From the IMG/VR virus record IMGVR_UViG_2859827302_000001: a DNA stretch of 47,387 nt; one strand, written 5' to 3'. Numbering within the stretch: position 1 is the stretch's first letter; the number at the start of each line of letters is the position of its first letter. Positions 11,942 through 22,506 of the stretch are shown here, piece after piece. A model generated the notes under the pieces. It ran no database searches. It had not been told where the DNA came from and was given only the letters and a program-made list of their open reading frames with translations. The position numbers and the translations under genes are program-made. Source of the stretch: a virus (taxonomy: Duplodnaviria; Heunggongvirae; Uroviricota; Caudoviricetes).

Positions 11942-12664
11942 AGTGATGAAGAAAAAATACGAACTGGTTGTTAAAGGGATAAATAATTACCCGGATAAGA
12001 TTACTGTTACTGTGGCACTGGAAATTGGTGGGTATCCGTCACTGTTGTTGCCATATGTGGCGATTAGTCTTGACCGTACTGAAGGTGCCACGCTGGAGTT
12101 TTACGAAGCGGAGGCGAAAAAGCAGGCGAAGCAGTTTTTCATGGATGTTGCTGCCGGGTTATGTGAAGGGAACGAACCGTTGCAGGAAAAGCGCCCCATC
12201 ATTTTAGAGGCGCAGGATGTGTTGATAACCTACAGAGGAAAACTACCGGGAATAATTACTTGTTCTCTGAAGATGCCGCCGTCAACACTGCGGTCAGAAA
12301 AAGAGGCGTCTTGTCTGCAGTCTGAGTACTCCATTACGGTTAAAAGTGCCGGAGAGGAAGGAAATAAACGTTATTTTATTGCGTCTGCACCTGATAAAGA
12401 TCAGGAATGGGAGTGTAACCGGCCATCCTTTGTTGTATACGGAGATGGCGGGAAAATAACCATCTCAGAAAATGGGAAATTAACACCGCCATCGCACCAG
12501 CATAGTGAGGCGCTCATTGAATTTGCCATTGATTACCTGAAGAACAATAAAAAGCAGGGGCTGATGAAGTGCATTGGTCGTTGCATGGGATATCTGCAGA
12601 TAGCTGCTGAGATTGAAGCGCTGGCCAGTGGTGCTGATAAGGATGCAATGGTAATGACTCCAAC

Positions 12665-13168
12665 TTACTGATAGTGTTTTATGTTCAGATAATGCCCGAT
12701 GACCTTGTCATGCAGCTCCACCGATTTTGAGAACGACAGTGACTTCCGTCCCAGCCTTGCCAGATGTTGTCTCAGATTCAGATTATGTCGCTCAATGCGC
12801 TGAGTGTAACGCTTGCTGATAACGTGCAGCTTTCCCTTCAGGCGTGATTCATACAGCGGCCAGCCATCCGTCATCCATACCACGACCTCAAAGGCCGACA
12901 GCAGGCTCAGAAGACGCTCCAGTGTGGTCAGAGTGCGTTCACCGAAGACGTGCGCCACAACCGTCCTCCGTATCCTGTCATACGCGTAAAACAGCCAGCG
13001 CTGATGTGATTTAGCACCGACGTAGCCCCACTGTTCGTCCATTTCAGCGCAGACAATCACATCACTGCCCGGTTGTATGCGCGAGGTTACCGACTGCGGC
13101 CTGAGTTTTTTAAGTGACGTAAAACCGTGTTGAGGCCAACGCCCATAATGCGTGCACTGGCGCGACAT
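12665..13168 (-). CDS. insB: IS1 InsB (expressed as InsAB' by -1 frameshift)
   Basis: 167-aa ORF overlapping insA. Confidence 0.85.
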   Translation of the reverse strand: MSRQCTHYGRWPQHGFTSLKKLRPQSVTSRIQPGSDVIVCAEMDEQWGYVGAKSHQRWLFYAYDRIRRTVVAHVFGERTLTTLERLLSLLSAFEVVVWMTDGWPLYESRLKGKLHVISKRYTQRIERHNLNLRQHLARLGRKSLSFSKSVELHDKVIGHYLNIKHYQ

Positions 13169-13362
13169 CCGACGCCATTCATGGCCATATCAATGATTTT
13201 CTGGTGCGTACCGGGCTGAGAGGCGGTGTAAGTGAACTGTAGTTGCCATGTTTTACGGCAATGAGAGCAGAGATAGCGCTGATGTCCGGCAGTGCTTTTG
13301 CCGTTACGCACCACGCCTTCAGTAGCGGAGCAGGAAGGACATCTGATGGAAATGGAAGCCAC
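13087..13362 (-). CDS. insA: IS1 InsA
   Basis: [23 protein letters not shown]... zinc-finger/HTH protein. Confidence 0.9.
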   Translation of the reverse strand: MASISIRCPSCSATEGVVRNGKSTAGHQRYLCSHCRKTWQLQFTYTASQPGTHQKIIDMAMNGVGCRASARIMGVGLNTVLRHLKNSGRSR

Positions 13363-13565
13363 GCAAGCACCTTAAAATCACCATCATACACTAAATCAGT
13401 AAGTTGGCAGCATTACCGGATGCAATTGTGCGGGAGGCTCTTCTTCGTGATTTTAATACTCCACCCTTTAAAAAAGTGCCGGCTTACTGGCTTCATCCGG
13501 GGCTGACTTATCTTAAAGTGCGTATTTAGTGGGCCAGGGACAGCGGCTGAATATTTAATATATCC

Positions 13566-14099
13566 ATGAACACCAAAATCAAATACGGCCTGTCGGCTGC
13601 CGTTCTGGCGCTGATTGCCGCTGGTGCGCCTGCGCCTGACATTCTCGACCAGTTTCTGGATGAAAAGGAAGGTAACCACACCACGGCATACCGTGATGGC
13701 GCGGGTATCTGGACCATCTGCCGCGGTGCCATCCTGGTGGATGGCAAACCTGTCGTTCCGGGCATGAAGTTGTCGAAGGAAAAATGCGACCGGGTTAACG
13801 CCATTGAGCGTGATAAGGCGCTGGCATGGGTGGAGAAAAACATCAGAGTGCCATTGAGCGAACCCCAGAAAGCGGGGATCGCGTCATTCTGTCCGTACAA
13901 CATTGGTCCCGGTAAGTGTTTCCCGTCGACGTTTTATAAACGAATTAATGCAGGTGATCGCAGGGGAGCGTGTGAGGCGATTCGCTGGTGGATTAAGGAC
14001 GGTGGCAGAGACTGCCGTATTCGTTCAAACAACTGCTACGGTCAGGTATCCCGTCGTGACCAGGAGAGCGCGCTGGCGTGCTGGGGTATCGACAGATAA
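13566..14099 (+). CDS. R: SAR endolysin (T4-lysozyme-like, phage-21-type R)
   Basis: N-terminal signal-anchor-release segment (LSAAVLALIAAGA) then lysozyme core. Confidence 0.8.
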   Translation: MNTKIKYGLSAAVLALIAAGAPAPDILDQFLDEKEGNHTTAYRDGAGIWTICRGAILVDGKPVVPGMKLSKEKCDRVNAIERDKALAWVEKNIRVPLSEPQKAGIASFCPYNIGPGKCFPSTFYKRINAGDRRGACEAIRWWIKDGGRDCRIRSNNCYGQVSRRDQESALACWGIDR

Positions 14100-14194
14100 G
14101 CAGAATATTTTGCTGAAAAATGCGGTTTGCTTACACGGACGGATAACACGAAATCCTGCGAACTGACAAAAACTAAGTGAATAAAAGTAAAAAA

Positions 14195-14228
14195 CCCGTT
14201 TGTTGGCTGCAAGCGGGGTTTTGTGTTT
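14195..14228 (+). terminator. terminator-like hairpin between R and Rz
   Basis: CCCGTTTG-7nt-CAAGCGGG (one GU) then GTTTTGTGTTT. Confidence 0.35.
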
Positions 14229-14297
14229 CCTGACTCTGGAAAAGTCAAAGGAGAAAGTGTGTTTGATTTTAGCAAACTGATTCGGGAGATTCGAGTG

Positions 14298-14397
14298 ATG
14301 GCTGAAAAATTATCCACCTGGAAGTTCATTCTTATCTGGCTGGTGTTTGTGATTATGGCCTCCGGTTATTTCATCGGTCAGATACGCTGGTGGTGAA
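14298..14397 (+). CDS. small hydrophobic ORF (32 aa) ahead of Rz
   Basis: [32 protein letters not shown]; stop TGA one nt before Rz ATG. Confidence 0.3.
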
Positions 14398-14865
14398 ATG
14401 AACCGCGTACTGTGCGTGGTCATCATTGCCCTGCTGGTGGCCTGTGGTGCGCTTAGTCTGGGGCTGAATCATTACCGTGATAACGCCATTACCTACAAAG
14501 CCCAGCGCGACAAAAATGTCAGAGAACTGAAGCTGGCGAACGCGGCAATTACTGACATGCAGATGCGTCAGCGTGATGTTGCTGCGCTCGATGCAAAATA
14601 CTCGAGGGAATTAGCCGATGCGAGAGCTGAAAATGAAACTCTTCGCGCTGACGTTGCCGCTGGTCGTAAGCGCCTGCGTATCAACGCCACCTGTCCAGGT
14701 CCCGTGCGTGAAGCCACCGGCACCGCCCGCGTGGATAATGCAACCGGCCCCCGACTGGCAGACACCGTTACACGGGATTATTTCACCCTCAGAGAGCGGC
14801 TGATGACGATGCAGAAGCAACTGGAAGGGGCGCAGGAATATATCCGTACTCAGTGCCTGAAATAA
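14398..14865 (+). CDS. Rz: Rz i-spanin
   Basis: N-terminal TM segment, coiled-coil periplasmic domain. Confidence 0.8.
   Translation: MNRVLCVVIIALLVACGALSLGLNHYRDNAITYKAQRDKNVRELKLANAAITDMQMRQRDVAALDAKYSRELADARAENETLRADVAAGRKRLRINATCPGPVREATGTARVDNATGPRLADTVTRDYFTLRERLMTMQKQLEGAQEYIRTQCLK
14633..14803 (+). CDS. Rz1: Rz1 o-spanin lipoprotein embedded in +1 frame of Rz
   Basis: [15 protein letters not shown] lipobox, proline-rich mature part. Confidence 0.75.
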   Translation: MKLFALTLPLVVSACVSTPPVQVPCVKPPAPPAWIMQPAPDWQTPLHGIISPSESG

Positions 14866-15058
14866 GTTTTGTTGATGCGCCGTATCGTCGCTGTATTCCC
14901 TCATTAACAGAGACCGCAGCCCGACAGGGAGACTCCTCTGCGCGAGTGTGCGGGGATAATCAAAAACGATACACACCGGGGTTTACCGCGTTAACGGAGC
15001 GCGGCGTTGTCCCCTCATAGTCGCCTGTCCGGTGCGATGGTGGAAGAAACCGGGATGT

Positions 15059-15253
15059 TTATTCATCATCACTTTGGATTGATGTATATGCTCTCTTTTC
15101 TGACGTTAGTCTCCGACGGCAGGCTTCAATGACCCAGGCTGAGAAATTCCCGGACCCTTTTTGCTCAAGAGCGATGTTAATTTGTTCAATCATTTGGTTA
15201 GGAAAGCGGATGTTGCGGGTTGTTGTTCTGCGGGTTCTGTTCTTCGTTGACAT
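15059..15253 (-). CDS. ribbon-helix-helix (Arc/CopG-like) DNA-binding protein
   Basis: RNIRFPNQMIEQINIALEQKGSGNFSAWVIEACRRRL fits beta-strand/helix/helix pattern. Confidence 0.45.
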   Translation of the reverse strand: MSTKNRTRRTTTRNIRFPNQMIEQINIALEQKGSGNFSAWVIEACRRRLTSEKRAYTSIQSDDE

Positions 15254-15452
15254 GAGGTTGCCCCGTATTCAGTGTCGCTGATTTGTATTGTCTGAAGTTG
15301 TTTTTACGTTAAGTTGATGCAGATCAATTAATACGATACCTGCGTCATAATTGATTATTTGACGTAGTTTGATGGCGTAGATGCACGTTGTGACATGTAG
15401 ATGATAATTATTATCATTTTGCGGGTCCTTTCCGGCGATCCGACAGGTTACG

Positions 15453-15464
15453 GGGCGGCGACCT
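15453..15464 (+). other. cosN (GGGCGGCGACCT, lambda 12-nt cohesive-end sequence); cosB follows to ~15640
   Basis: Exact lambda cohesive-end 12-mer followed by ...CTCGCGGTTTTTCACTATTTATGAAAATTTT, matching lambda cos context. Confidence 0.7.
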
Positions 15465-15732
15465 CGCGGTTTTTCACTATTTATGAAAATTTTTCAGGGA
15501 AAATCGTGTCGGTACTTCTCGAATATAACTTTTTGTTTTTTTTAATATTGCATCCGTAAAGGTCCGACATGAAAGTGTCCGAAAATGCCTTTTTCTGGCG
15601 TTTTCATGTCGGGCCTTGTATTTGATAATGGGTTGTTTTCATGAAGGTTAATAAAAAGAGGCTTGCCGAAATTTTCAATGAACTGCCCCGGGAATCCTGG
15701 AGACTAAACTTCCTGAGAAAGAGGTAAACAGG

Positions 15733-16059
15733 ATGACTAAAAATACTCGTTTTTCCCCTGAAGTCCGTCAACGGGCAGTCCGTATGGTTCTGGAAAGTCA
15801 GGGCGAATATGACTCACAATGGGCGACAATTTGTTCCATTGCTCCAAAGATTGGCTGTACGCCGGAGACTCTGCGTGTCTGGGTTCGCCAGCATGAGCGG
15901 GATACCGGGGGCGGTGATGGAGGGCTCACCACCGCTGAACGTCAGCGTCTGAAAGAGCTGGAGCGTGAAAATCGTGAACTGCGCCGCAGTAACGATATCC
16001 TTCGCCAGGCTTCCGCTTATTTTGCGAAGGCGGAGTTCGACCGCCTCTGGAAAAAATGA
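15733..16059 (+). CDS. IS629 OrfA
   Basis: [21 protein letters not shown]... Confidence 0.9.
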   Translation: MTKNTRFSPEVRQRAVRMVLESQGEYDSQWATICSIAPKIGCTPETLRVWVRQHERDTGGGDGGLTTAERQRLKELERENRELRRSNDILRQASAYFAKAEFDRLWKK

Positions 16060-16946
16060 TGCCACTGCTGGATAAGCTGCGTGAGCAGTACGGGGTCGGA
16101 CCGCTATGCAGCGAACTGCATATTGCCCCGTCAACGTATTACCACTGTCAGCAACAGCGACATCATCCGGATAAACGCAGTGCCCGTGCGCAGCGCGATG
16201 ACTGGCTGAAGAAAGAGATACAGCGCGTATACGATGAAAATCACAAGGTATACGGTGTGCGTAAAGTCTGGCGTCAGTTGTTACGGGAAGGCATCAGAGT
16301 GGCCAGATGCACTGTGGCACGTCTCATGGCGGTTATGGGACTTGCCGGTGTTCTCCGGGGTAAAAAGGTCCGTACGACCATCAGCCGGAAAGCCGTTGCC
16401 GCAGGCGACCGCGTAAACCGTCAGTTCGTGGCAGAACGACCTGACCAGCTGTGGGTGGCTGATTTTACTTACGTCAGCACATGGCAGGGCTTCGTCTATG
16501 TGGCGTTCATCATTGATGTGTTTGCCGGATACATCGTGGGGTGGCGGGTCTCATCGTCCATGGAAACGACATTCGTGCTGGATGCTCTGGAGCAGGCGTT
16601 ATGGGCCCGTCGACCGTCCGGCACGGTCCATCACAGTGATAAAGGTTCTCAGTATGTATCGCTGGCCTACACACAGCGGCTTAAGGAAGCCGGATTACTG
16701 GCATCAACAGGAAGTACAGGCGACTCGTATGACAACGCGATGGCGGAGAGCATCAATGGTCTTTACAAAGCGGAGGTAATACACCGTAAGAGCTGGAAAA
16801 ACCGTGCAGAAGTGGAACTGGCCACACTCACGTGGGTGGACTGGTATAATAATCGACGATTGCTGGAAAGGCTGGGCCATACTCCTCCGGCAGAAGCAGA
16901 AAAAGCTTATTATGCTTCCATCGGAAACGATGATCTGGCAGCCTGA
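16056..16946 (+). CDS. IS629 OrfB transposase
   Basis: 296-aa DDE ORF overlapping orfA. Confidence 0.9.
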   Translation: MMPLLDKLREQYGVGPLCSELHIAPSTYYHCQQQRHHPDKRSARAQRDDWLKKEIQRVYDENHKVYGVRKVWRQLLREGIRVARCTVARLMAVMGLAGVLRGKKVRTTISRKAVAAGDRVNRQFVAERPDQLWVADFTYVSTWQGFVYVAFIIDVFAGYIVGWRVSSSMETTFVLDALEQALWARRPSGTVHHSDKGSQYVSLAYTQRLKEAGLLASTGSTGDSYDNAMAESINGLYKAEVIHRKSWKNRAEVELATLTWVDWYNNRRLLERLGHTPPAEAEKAYYASIGNDDLAA

Positions 16947-17473
16947 GTTCACAGATAAAACACTCTCCAGGAAACCCGGGGCGGTTCACAACGTGGACCC
17001 GCGGACGATTGAACGCTGGCAGTCTCAGGGACTCCCTTGCGCCTCCAAAGGTAGTAAGGGCATTGAATCTGTATTTGATACTGCCATGGCAATTCAGTGG
17101 TATGCGCAGAGGGAAACTGATATCGAAAACGAAAAGCTCCGCAAAGAACTGGACGATTTGCGTGCGGCAGCGGAGTCAGATTTACAACCCGGCACCATTG
17201 ACTATGAACGCTACCGGCTCACAAAAGTGCAGGCAGATGCGCAGGAACTGAAAAATGCCCGTGAAGACGGAGTAGTGCTGGAAACTGAACTGTTTACCTT
17301 CATTCTGCAACGTGTGGCACAGGAGATATCGGGGATACTTGTGCGTGTGCCGTTGACATTACAGCGTAAATATCCGGACATTTCACCATCACACCTTGAT
17401 GTGGTGAAAACTGAAATCGCGAAAGCCTCCAATGTTTCAGCTAAGGCCGGTGAAAACGTGGGCGGGTGGATCG

Positions 17474-19402
17474 ATGATTTCAGACGCGCAGAAGGCAGCT
17501 AATGCAGCCGGTGCGATAGCTACAGGGCTTTTATCTCTCATTATTCCTGTTCCACTGACGACAGTTCAGTGGGCCAATAAACATTATTACCTTCCTAAAG
17601 AGTCGTCTTATACCCCGGGGCGGTGGGAAACACTGCCGTTTCAGGTTGGCATCATGAACTGTATGGGCAACGATCTGATTCGCACGGTTAACCTGATTAA
17701 ATCTGCCCGTGTTGGTTATACAAAGATGTTGCTGGGAGTGGAGGCTTATTTTATTGAGCATAAATCACGCAACAGCCTTCTTTTTCAGCCCACGGACTCA
17801 GCTGCTGAAGATTTTATGAAATCTCATGTTGAGCCAACGATAAGGGATGTTCCTGCATTGCTGGAGCTGGCTCCATGGTTCGGAAGAAAACACCGCGATA
17901 ATACGCTCACCCTGAAGCGTTTTTCCTCCGGTGTGGGGTTCTGGTGTCTGGGTGGTGCGGCAGCAAAAAACTACCGTGAAAAATCCGTGGATGTGGTCTG
18001 TTATGACGAGCTTTCCTCGTTCGAACCGGATGTTGAAAAAGAGGGTTCGCCAACCCTGCTGGGGGATAAACGTATTGAGGGCTCTGTATGGCCAAAATCC
18101 ATTCGCGGCTCGACGCCTAAAATCAAAGGCTCCTGCCAGATCGAAAAAGCCGCTAACGAGTCGGCACACTTCATGCGTTTTTATGTGCCCTGTCCGCACT
18201 GTGGGGAGGAGCAGTATCTGAAATTTGGCGATGATGCCTCGCCTTTCGGTCTTAAGTGGGAGAAGAATAAGCCAGAAAGTGTTTTCTACCTTTGTGAGCA
18301 TCATGGCTGTGTGATCCATCAGTCTGAGCTTGACCAGAGTAACGGGCGGTGGATCTGTGAAAACACGGGCATGTGGACCCGTGACGGCCTGATGTTTTTC
18401 AGCGCCCGGGGTGATGAAATTCCGCCGCCGCGCTCCATCACTTTCCATATCTGGACGGCGTACAGTCCGTTCACCACCTGGGTACAGATTGTCTATGACT
18501 GGCTGGATGCACTGAAAGATCCCAACGGCCTGAAAACCTTTGTGAACACCACGCTGGGCGAGACCTGGGAAGAGGCTGTGGGCGAAAAACTCGATCACCA
18601 GGTACTGATGGATAAGGTTGTGCGTTACACGGCGGCGGTGCCTGCCCGGGTGGTTTATCTGACGGCGGGCATTGACTCGCAGCGAAACCGTTTTGAGATG
18701 TATGTCTGGGGATGGGCTCCGGGAGAGGAAGCCTTTCTGGTGGATAAAATCATCATTATGGGGCGTCCCGATGAGGAAGAGACGCTGTTACGTGTGGATG
18801 CGGCGATCAACAAAAAATACCGCCATGCAGACGGAACCGAAATGACCATTTCCCGTGTCTGCTGGGACATCGGGGGGATCGATGGCGAAATCGTTTATCA
18901 GAGGTCAAAAAAACACGGTGTTTTCCGGGTGCTGCCGGTAAAAGGCGCATCTGTCTATGGCAAGCCGGTGATCACCATGCCAAAAAACCGCAATCAGCGG
19001 GGCGTGTATCTGTGTGAAGTGGGGACGGACACCGCAAAAGAAATTCTCTATGCCCGTATGAAAGCCGATCCCACGCCTGTGGATGAAGCCACGTCGTATG
19101 CCATCCGTTTTCCTGATGATCCGGAGATTTTTTCGCAGACAGAGGCGCAGCAACTGGTCGCGGAAGAGCTTGTGGAGAAGTGGGAAAAAGGAAAGATGCG
19201 TCTGCTGTGGGATAACAAAAAGCGGCGTAACGAAGCGCTGGACTGCCTGGTGTATGCCTACGCGGCATTACGTGTGTCCGTGCAACGCTGGCAGCTTGAT
19301 CTGGCTGTACTGGCAAAATCCCGGGAAGAAGAGACGACCCGGCCAACCCTTAAAGAACTGGCAGCGAAGCTGTCCGGAGGAGTGAATGGTTACAGTCGCT
19401 GA
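17474..19402 (+). CDS. A: terminase large subunit (lambda gpA-like)
   Basis: Strong collinear similarity to lambda A (YYLPKESxY, KSARVGYxKMLLGV, VDVxxYDEL). Confidence 0.9.
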   Translation: MISDAQKAANAAGAIATGLLSLIIPVPLTTVQWANKHYYLPKESSYTPGRWETLPFQVGIMNCMGNDLIRTVNLIKSARVGYTKMLLGVEAYFIEHKSRNSLLFQPTDSAAEDFMKSHVEPTIRDVPALLELAPWFGRKHRDNTLTLKRFSSGVGFWCLGGAAAKNYREKSVDVVCYDELSSFEPDVEKEGSPTLLGDKRIEGSVWPKSIRGSTPKIKGSCQIEKAANESAHFMRFYVPCPHCGEEQYLKFGDDASPFGLKWEKNKPESVFYLCEHHGCVIHQSELDQSNGRWICENTGMWTRDGLMFFSARGDEIPPPRSITFHIWTAYSPFTTWVQIVYDWLDALKDPNGLKTFVNTTLGETWEEAVGEKLDHQVLMDKVVRYTAAVPARVVYLTAGIDSQRNRFEMYVWGWAPGEEAFLVDKIIIMGRPDEEETLLRVDAAINKKYRHADGTEMTISRVCWDIGGIDGEIVYQRSKKHGVFRVLPVKGASVYGKPVITMPKNRNQRGVYLCEVGTDTAKEILYARMKADPTPVDEATSYAIRFPDDPEIFSQTEAQQLVAEELVEKWEKGKMRLLWDNKKRRNEALDCLVYAYAALRVSVQRWQLDLAVLAKSREEETTRPTLKELAAKLSGGVNGYSR

Positions 19403-19592
19403 ACTGCAGGCGCTGCGTCAGGCGCGCCTTGATTTATTAACCGGTAAACGGGTGGTGTCTGTCCAGAAAGATGGTCGCAGAATTGAATATACGGCGGCTT
19501 CTCTGGATGAGCTTAACCGGGCGATCAATGATGCGGAGTCGGTACTGGGGACAACCCGGCGTCGCCGTCGTCCGCTGGGAGTGAGGTTATGA
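19386..19592 (+). CDS. W: head-tail joining protein gpW
   Basis: LTGKRVVSVQKDGRRIEYTAASL... lambda W-like. Confidence 0.8.
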   Translation: MVTVAELQALRQARLDLLTGKRVVSVQKDGRRIEYTAASLDELNRAINDAESVLGTTRRRRRPLGVRL

Positions 19593-19826
19593 AACGAACG
19601 CCTGTCCTGATTGATGTGAACGGCGTTCCGCTTCGTGAGAGTCTCAGCTACAACGGGGGCGGTGCAGGATTTGGCGGGCAAATGGCTGAGTGGTTGCCAC
19701 CGGCGCAGAGTGCCGATGCGGCCCTGCTACCCGCGTAGACTGGCCCCCTGAATCTCCAGACAACCAGTATCACTTAAATAAGTGATAGTCTTAATACTAG
19801 TTTTTAGACTAGTCATTGGAGTACAG

Positions 19827-20192
19827 ATGATTGATGTCTTAGGGCCGGAGAAACGCAGACGGCGTACCACACAGGAAAAGATCGCAATTGTTCAGCAGAG
19901 CTTTGAACCGGGGATGACGGTCTCCCTCGTTGCCCGGCAACATGGTGTAGCAGCCAGCCAGTTATTTCTCTGGCGTAAGCAATACCAGGAAGGAAGTCTT
20001 ACTGCTGTGGCCGCCGGAGAACAGGTTGTTCCTGCCTCTGAACTTGCTGCCGCCATGAAGCAGATTAAAGAACTCCAGCGCCTGCTCGGCAAGAAAACGA
20101 TGGAAAATGAACTCCTCAAAGAAGCCGTTGAATATGGACGGGCAAAAAAGTGGATAGCGCACGCGCCCTTATTGCCCGGGGATGGGGAGTAA
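19827..20192 (+). CDS. insC: IS2 InsC
   Basis: [25 protein letters not shown]... Confidence 0.9.
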
Positions 20193-21055
20193 GCTTAGTC
20201 AGCCGTTGTCTCCGGGTGTCGCGTGCGCAGTTGCACGTCATTCTCAGACGAACCGATGACTGGATGGATGGCCGCCGCAGTCGTCACACTGATGATACGG
20301 ATGTGCTTCTCCGTATACACCATGTTATCGGAGAGCTGCCCACGTATGGTTATCGTCGGGTATGGGCGCTGCTTCGCAGACAGGCAGAACTTGATGGTAT
20401 GCCTGCGATCAATGCCAAACGTGTTTACCGGATCATGCGCCAGAATGCGCTGTTGCTTGAGCGAAAACCTGCTGTACCACCATCGAAACGGGCACATACA
20501 GGCAGAGTGGCCGTGAAAGAAAGCAATCAGCGATGGTGCTCTGACGGGTTCGAGTTCTGCTGTGATAACGGAGAGAGACTGCGTGTCACGTTCGCGCTGG
20601 ACTGCTGTGATCGTGAGGCACTGCACTGGGCGGTGACTACCGGCGGCTTCAACAGTGAAACAGTACAGGACGTCATGCTGGGAGCGGTGGAACGCCGCTT
20701 CGGCAACGATCTTCCGTCGTCTCCAGTGGAGTGGCTGACGGATAATGGTTCATGCTACCGGGCTAATGAAACACGCCAGTTCGCCCGGATGTTGGGACTT
20801 GAACCGAAGAACACGGCGGTGCGGAGTCCGGAGAGTAACGGAATAGCAGAGAGCTTCGTGAAAACGATAAAGCGTGACTACATCAGTATCATGCCCAAAC
20901 CAGACGGGTTAACGGCAGCAAAGAACCTTGCAGAGGCGTTCGAGCATTATAACGAATGGCATCCGCATAGTGCGCTGGGTTATCGCTCGCCACGGGAATA
21001 TCTGCGGCAGCGGGCTTGTAATGGGTTAAGTGATAACAGATGTCTGGAAATATAG
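20150..21055 (+). CDS. insD: IS2 InsD transposase
   Basis: 301-aa DDE ORF overlapping insC. Confidence 0.9.
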
Positions 21056-22506
21056 GGGCAAATCCACCGCGTTGCGTCTGGGGAATGCCCGGGCAGATGA
21101 TCTGGTGCGCAATAACGGAATAGCGGCTAATGCGGTGGCTCTGCATAAGGATCACATTGTCGGGCATATGTTTCTGATCAGCTACCGTCCGAACTGGCGC
21201 TGGCTGGGGATGCGGGAGACCGCAGCAAAAAGCTTTGTCGATGAGGTGGAGGCGGCCTGGTCGGAATACGCCGAAGGGATGTTTGGCGAGATCGACGTGG
21301 AAGGAAAACGCACGTTCACGGAATTTATCCGTGAAGGTGTGGGCGTTCATGCGTTTAACGGCGAAATCTTTGTGCAGCCGGTCTGGGATACGGAAACCAC
21401 GCAGTTATTCCGTACGCGTTTTAAAGCCGTGAGTCCGAAACGGGTGGACACGCCTGGACACGGTATGGGGAACCGTTTTCTGCGGGCCGGTGTGGAGGTC
21501 GATCGATATGGCCGTGCCGTCGCGTACCATATTTGTGAGGATGATTTTCCGTTCTCTGGGAGTGGACGATGGGAACGGATCCCGCGTGAACTTCCCACCG
21601 GGCGTCCGGCCATGCTGCATATTTTCGAGCCGGTGGAGGACGGGCAGACCCGTGGGGCTAATCAGTTTTACAGCGTCATGGAACGGCTGAAGATGCTCGA
21701 TTCCCTGCAGGCAACACAGCTTCAGTCGGCCATAGTGAAGGCGATGTATGCAGCGACGATTGAAAGTGAACTTGATACCGAAAAGGCCTTTGAATATATC
21801 GCCGGCGCGCCACAGGAGCAGAAGGATAATCCGCTTATTAATATTCTGGAGAAGTTCTCCAGCTGGTATGACACGAATAACGTGACACTGGGCGGTGTCA
21901 AAATTCCGCACCTTTTCCCTGGTGATGATCTGAAACTACAGACTGCGCAGGATTCAGACAATGGATTTTCTGCGCTTGAACAGGCGCTGCTGCGGTATAT
22001 CGCCGCCGGTCTTGGCGTTTCCTACGAACAGTTGTCCCGTGATTACTCGAAGGTCAGTTACTCAAGTGCCCGCGCCTCCGCCAATGAGTCGTGGCGCTAT
22101 TTTATGGGGCGGCGAAAATTTATTGCGGCCCGGCTGGCCACGCAGATGTTTTCCTGCTGGCTGGAAGAGGCACTTCTTCGGGGGATTATTCGTCCGCCAC
22201 GGGCACGTTTTGATTTTTATCAGGCGCGATCAGCCTGGTCACGGGCAGAGTGGATTGGTGCCGGAAGAATGGCCATTGACGGGCTCAAGGAAGTCCAGGA
22301 ATCAGTGATGCGCATTGAGGCCGGACTGAGCACGTATGAGAAAGAGCTGGCGCTGATGGGCGAGGATTATCAGGACATTTTCCGCCAGCAGGTCAGGGAA
22401 TCTGCTGAGCGGCAAAAAGCCGGACTCTCACGTCCGGTGTGGATAGCGCAGGCGTATCAGCAGCAGATAGCGGAGAGTCGCAGGCCGGAAGAGGAGACAA
22501 CACCAC

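Larger units (their letters stand above)
12650..13417 (-). mobile_element. IS1 (768 bp) with 9-bp target duplication GGATGCAAT
   Basis: Ends GGTAATGACTCCAACTTA... / ...GGCAGCATTACC; duplication at 12641..12649 and 13418..13426. Confidence 0.9.
11943..13529 (+). pseudogene. uncharacterized protein (about 269 aa when restored) between holin and endolysin, split by IS1
   Basis: Start ATGATG overlaps holin stop; frame continues across IS1 (one TSD copy removed) to TAG at 13527..13529; no motif I recognise. Confidence 0.6.
15679..16988 (+). mobile_element. IS629 (IS3 family), 1310 bp, TSD CAA
   Basis: Ends TGAACTGCCCCGGG... / ...CCCGGGGCGGTTCA; CAA at 15676..15678 and 16989..16991. Confidence 0.9.
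15641..17502 (+). pseudogene. nu1: terminase small subunit Nu1 split by IS629 (15641..15678 + 16992..17502)
   Basis: MKVNKKRLAEIFN | [14 protein letters not shown]... lambda Nu1-like; frame continuous when IS and TSD removed. Confidence 0.85.
19736..21066 (+). mobile_element. IS2, 1331 bp, 5-bp TSD CCGCG
   Basis: Ends TAGACTGGCCCCCTGAATCTCC... / ...GGGGCAAATCCA; CCGCG at 19731..19735 and 21067..21071. Confidence 0.9.

Noticed and set aside
16804-17502. 232-aa ORF, and similar chimeric ORFs at 7921..8877, 657..1337 and 2416..3195
   Set aside because: These are read-through fusions of IS terminal sequence with interrupted phage genes; annotated instead as split pseudogenes plus IS.
17798-18598. 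266-aa minus-strand ORF inside terminase A
   Set aside because: Antisense to a strongly lambda-like gene; no independent support.
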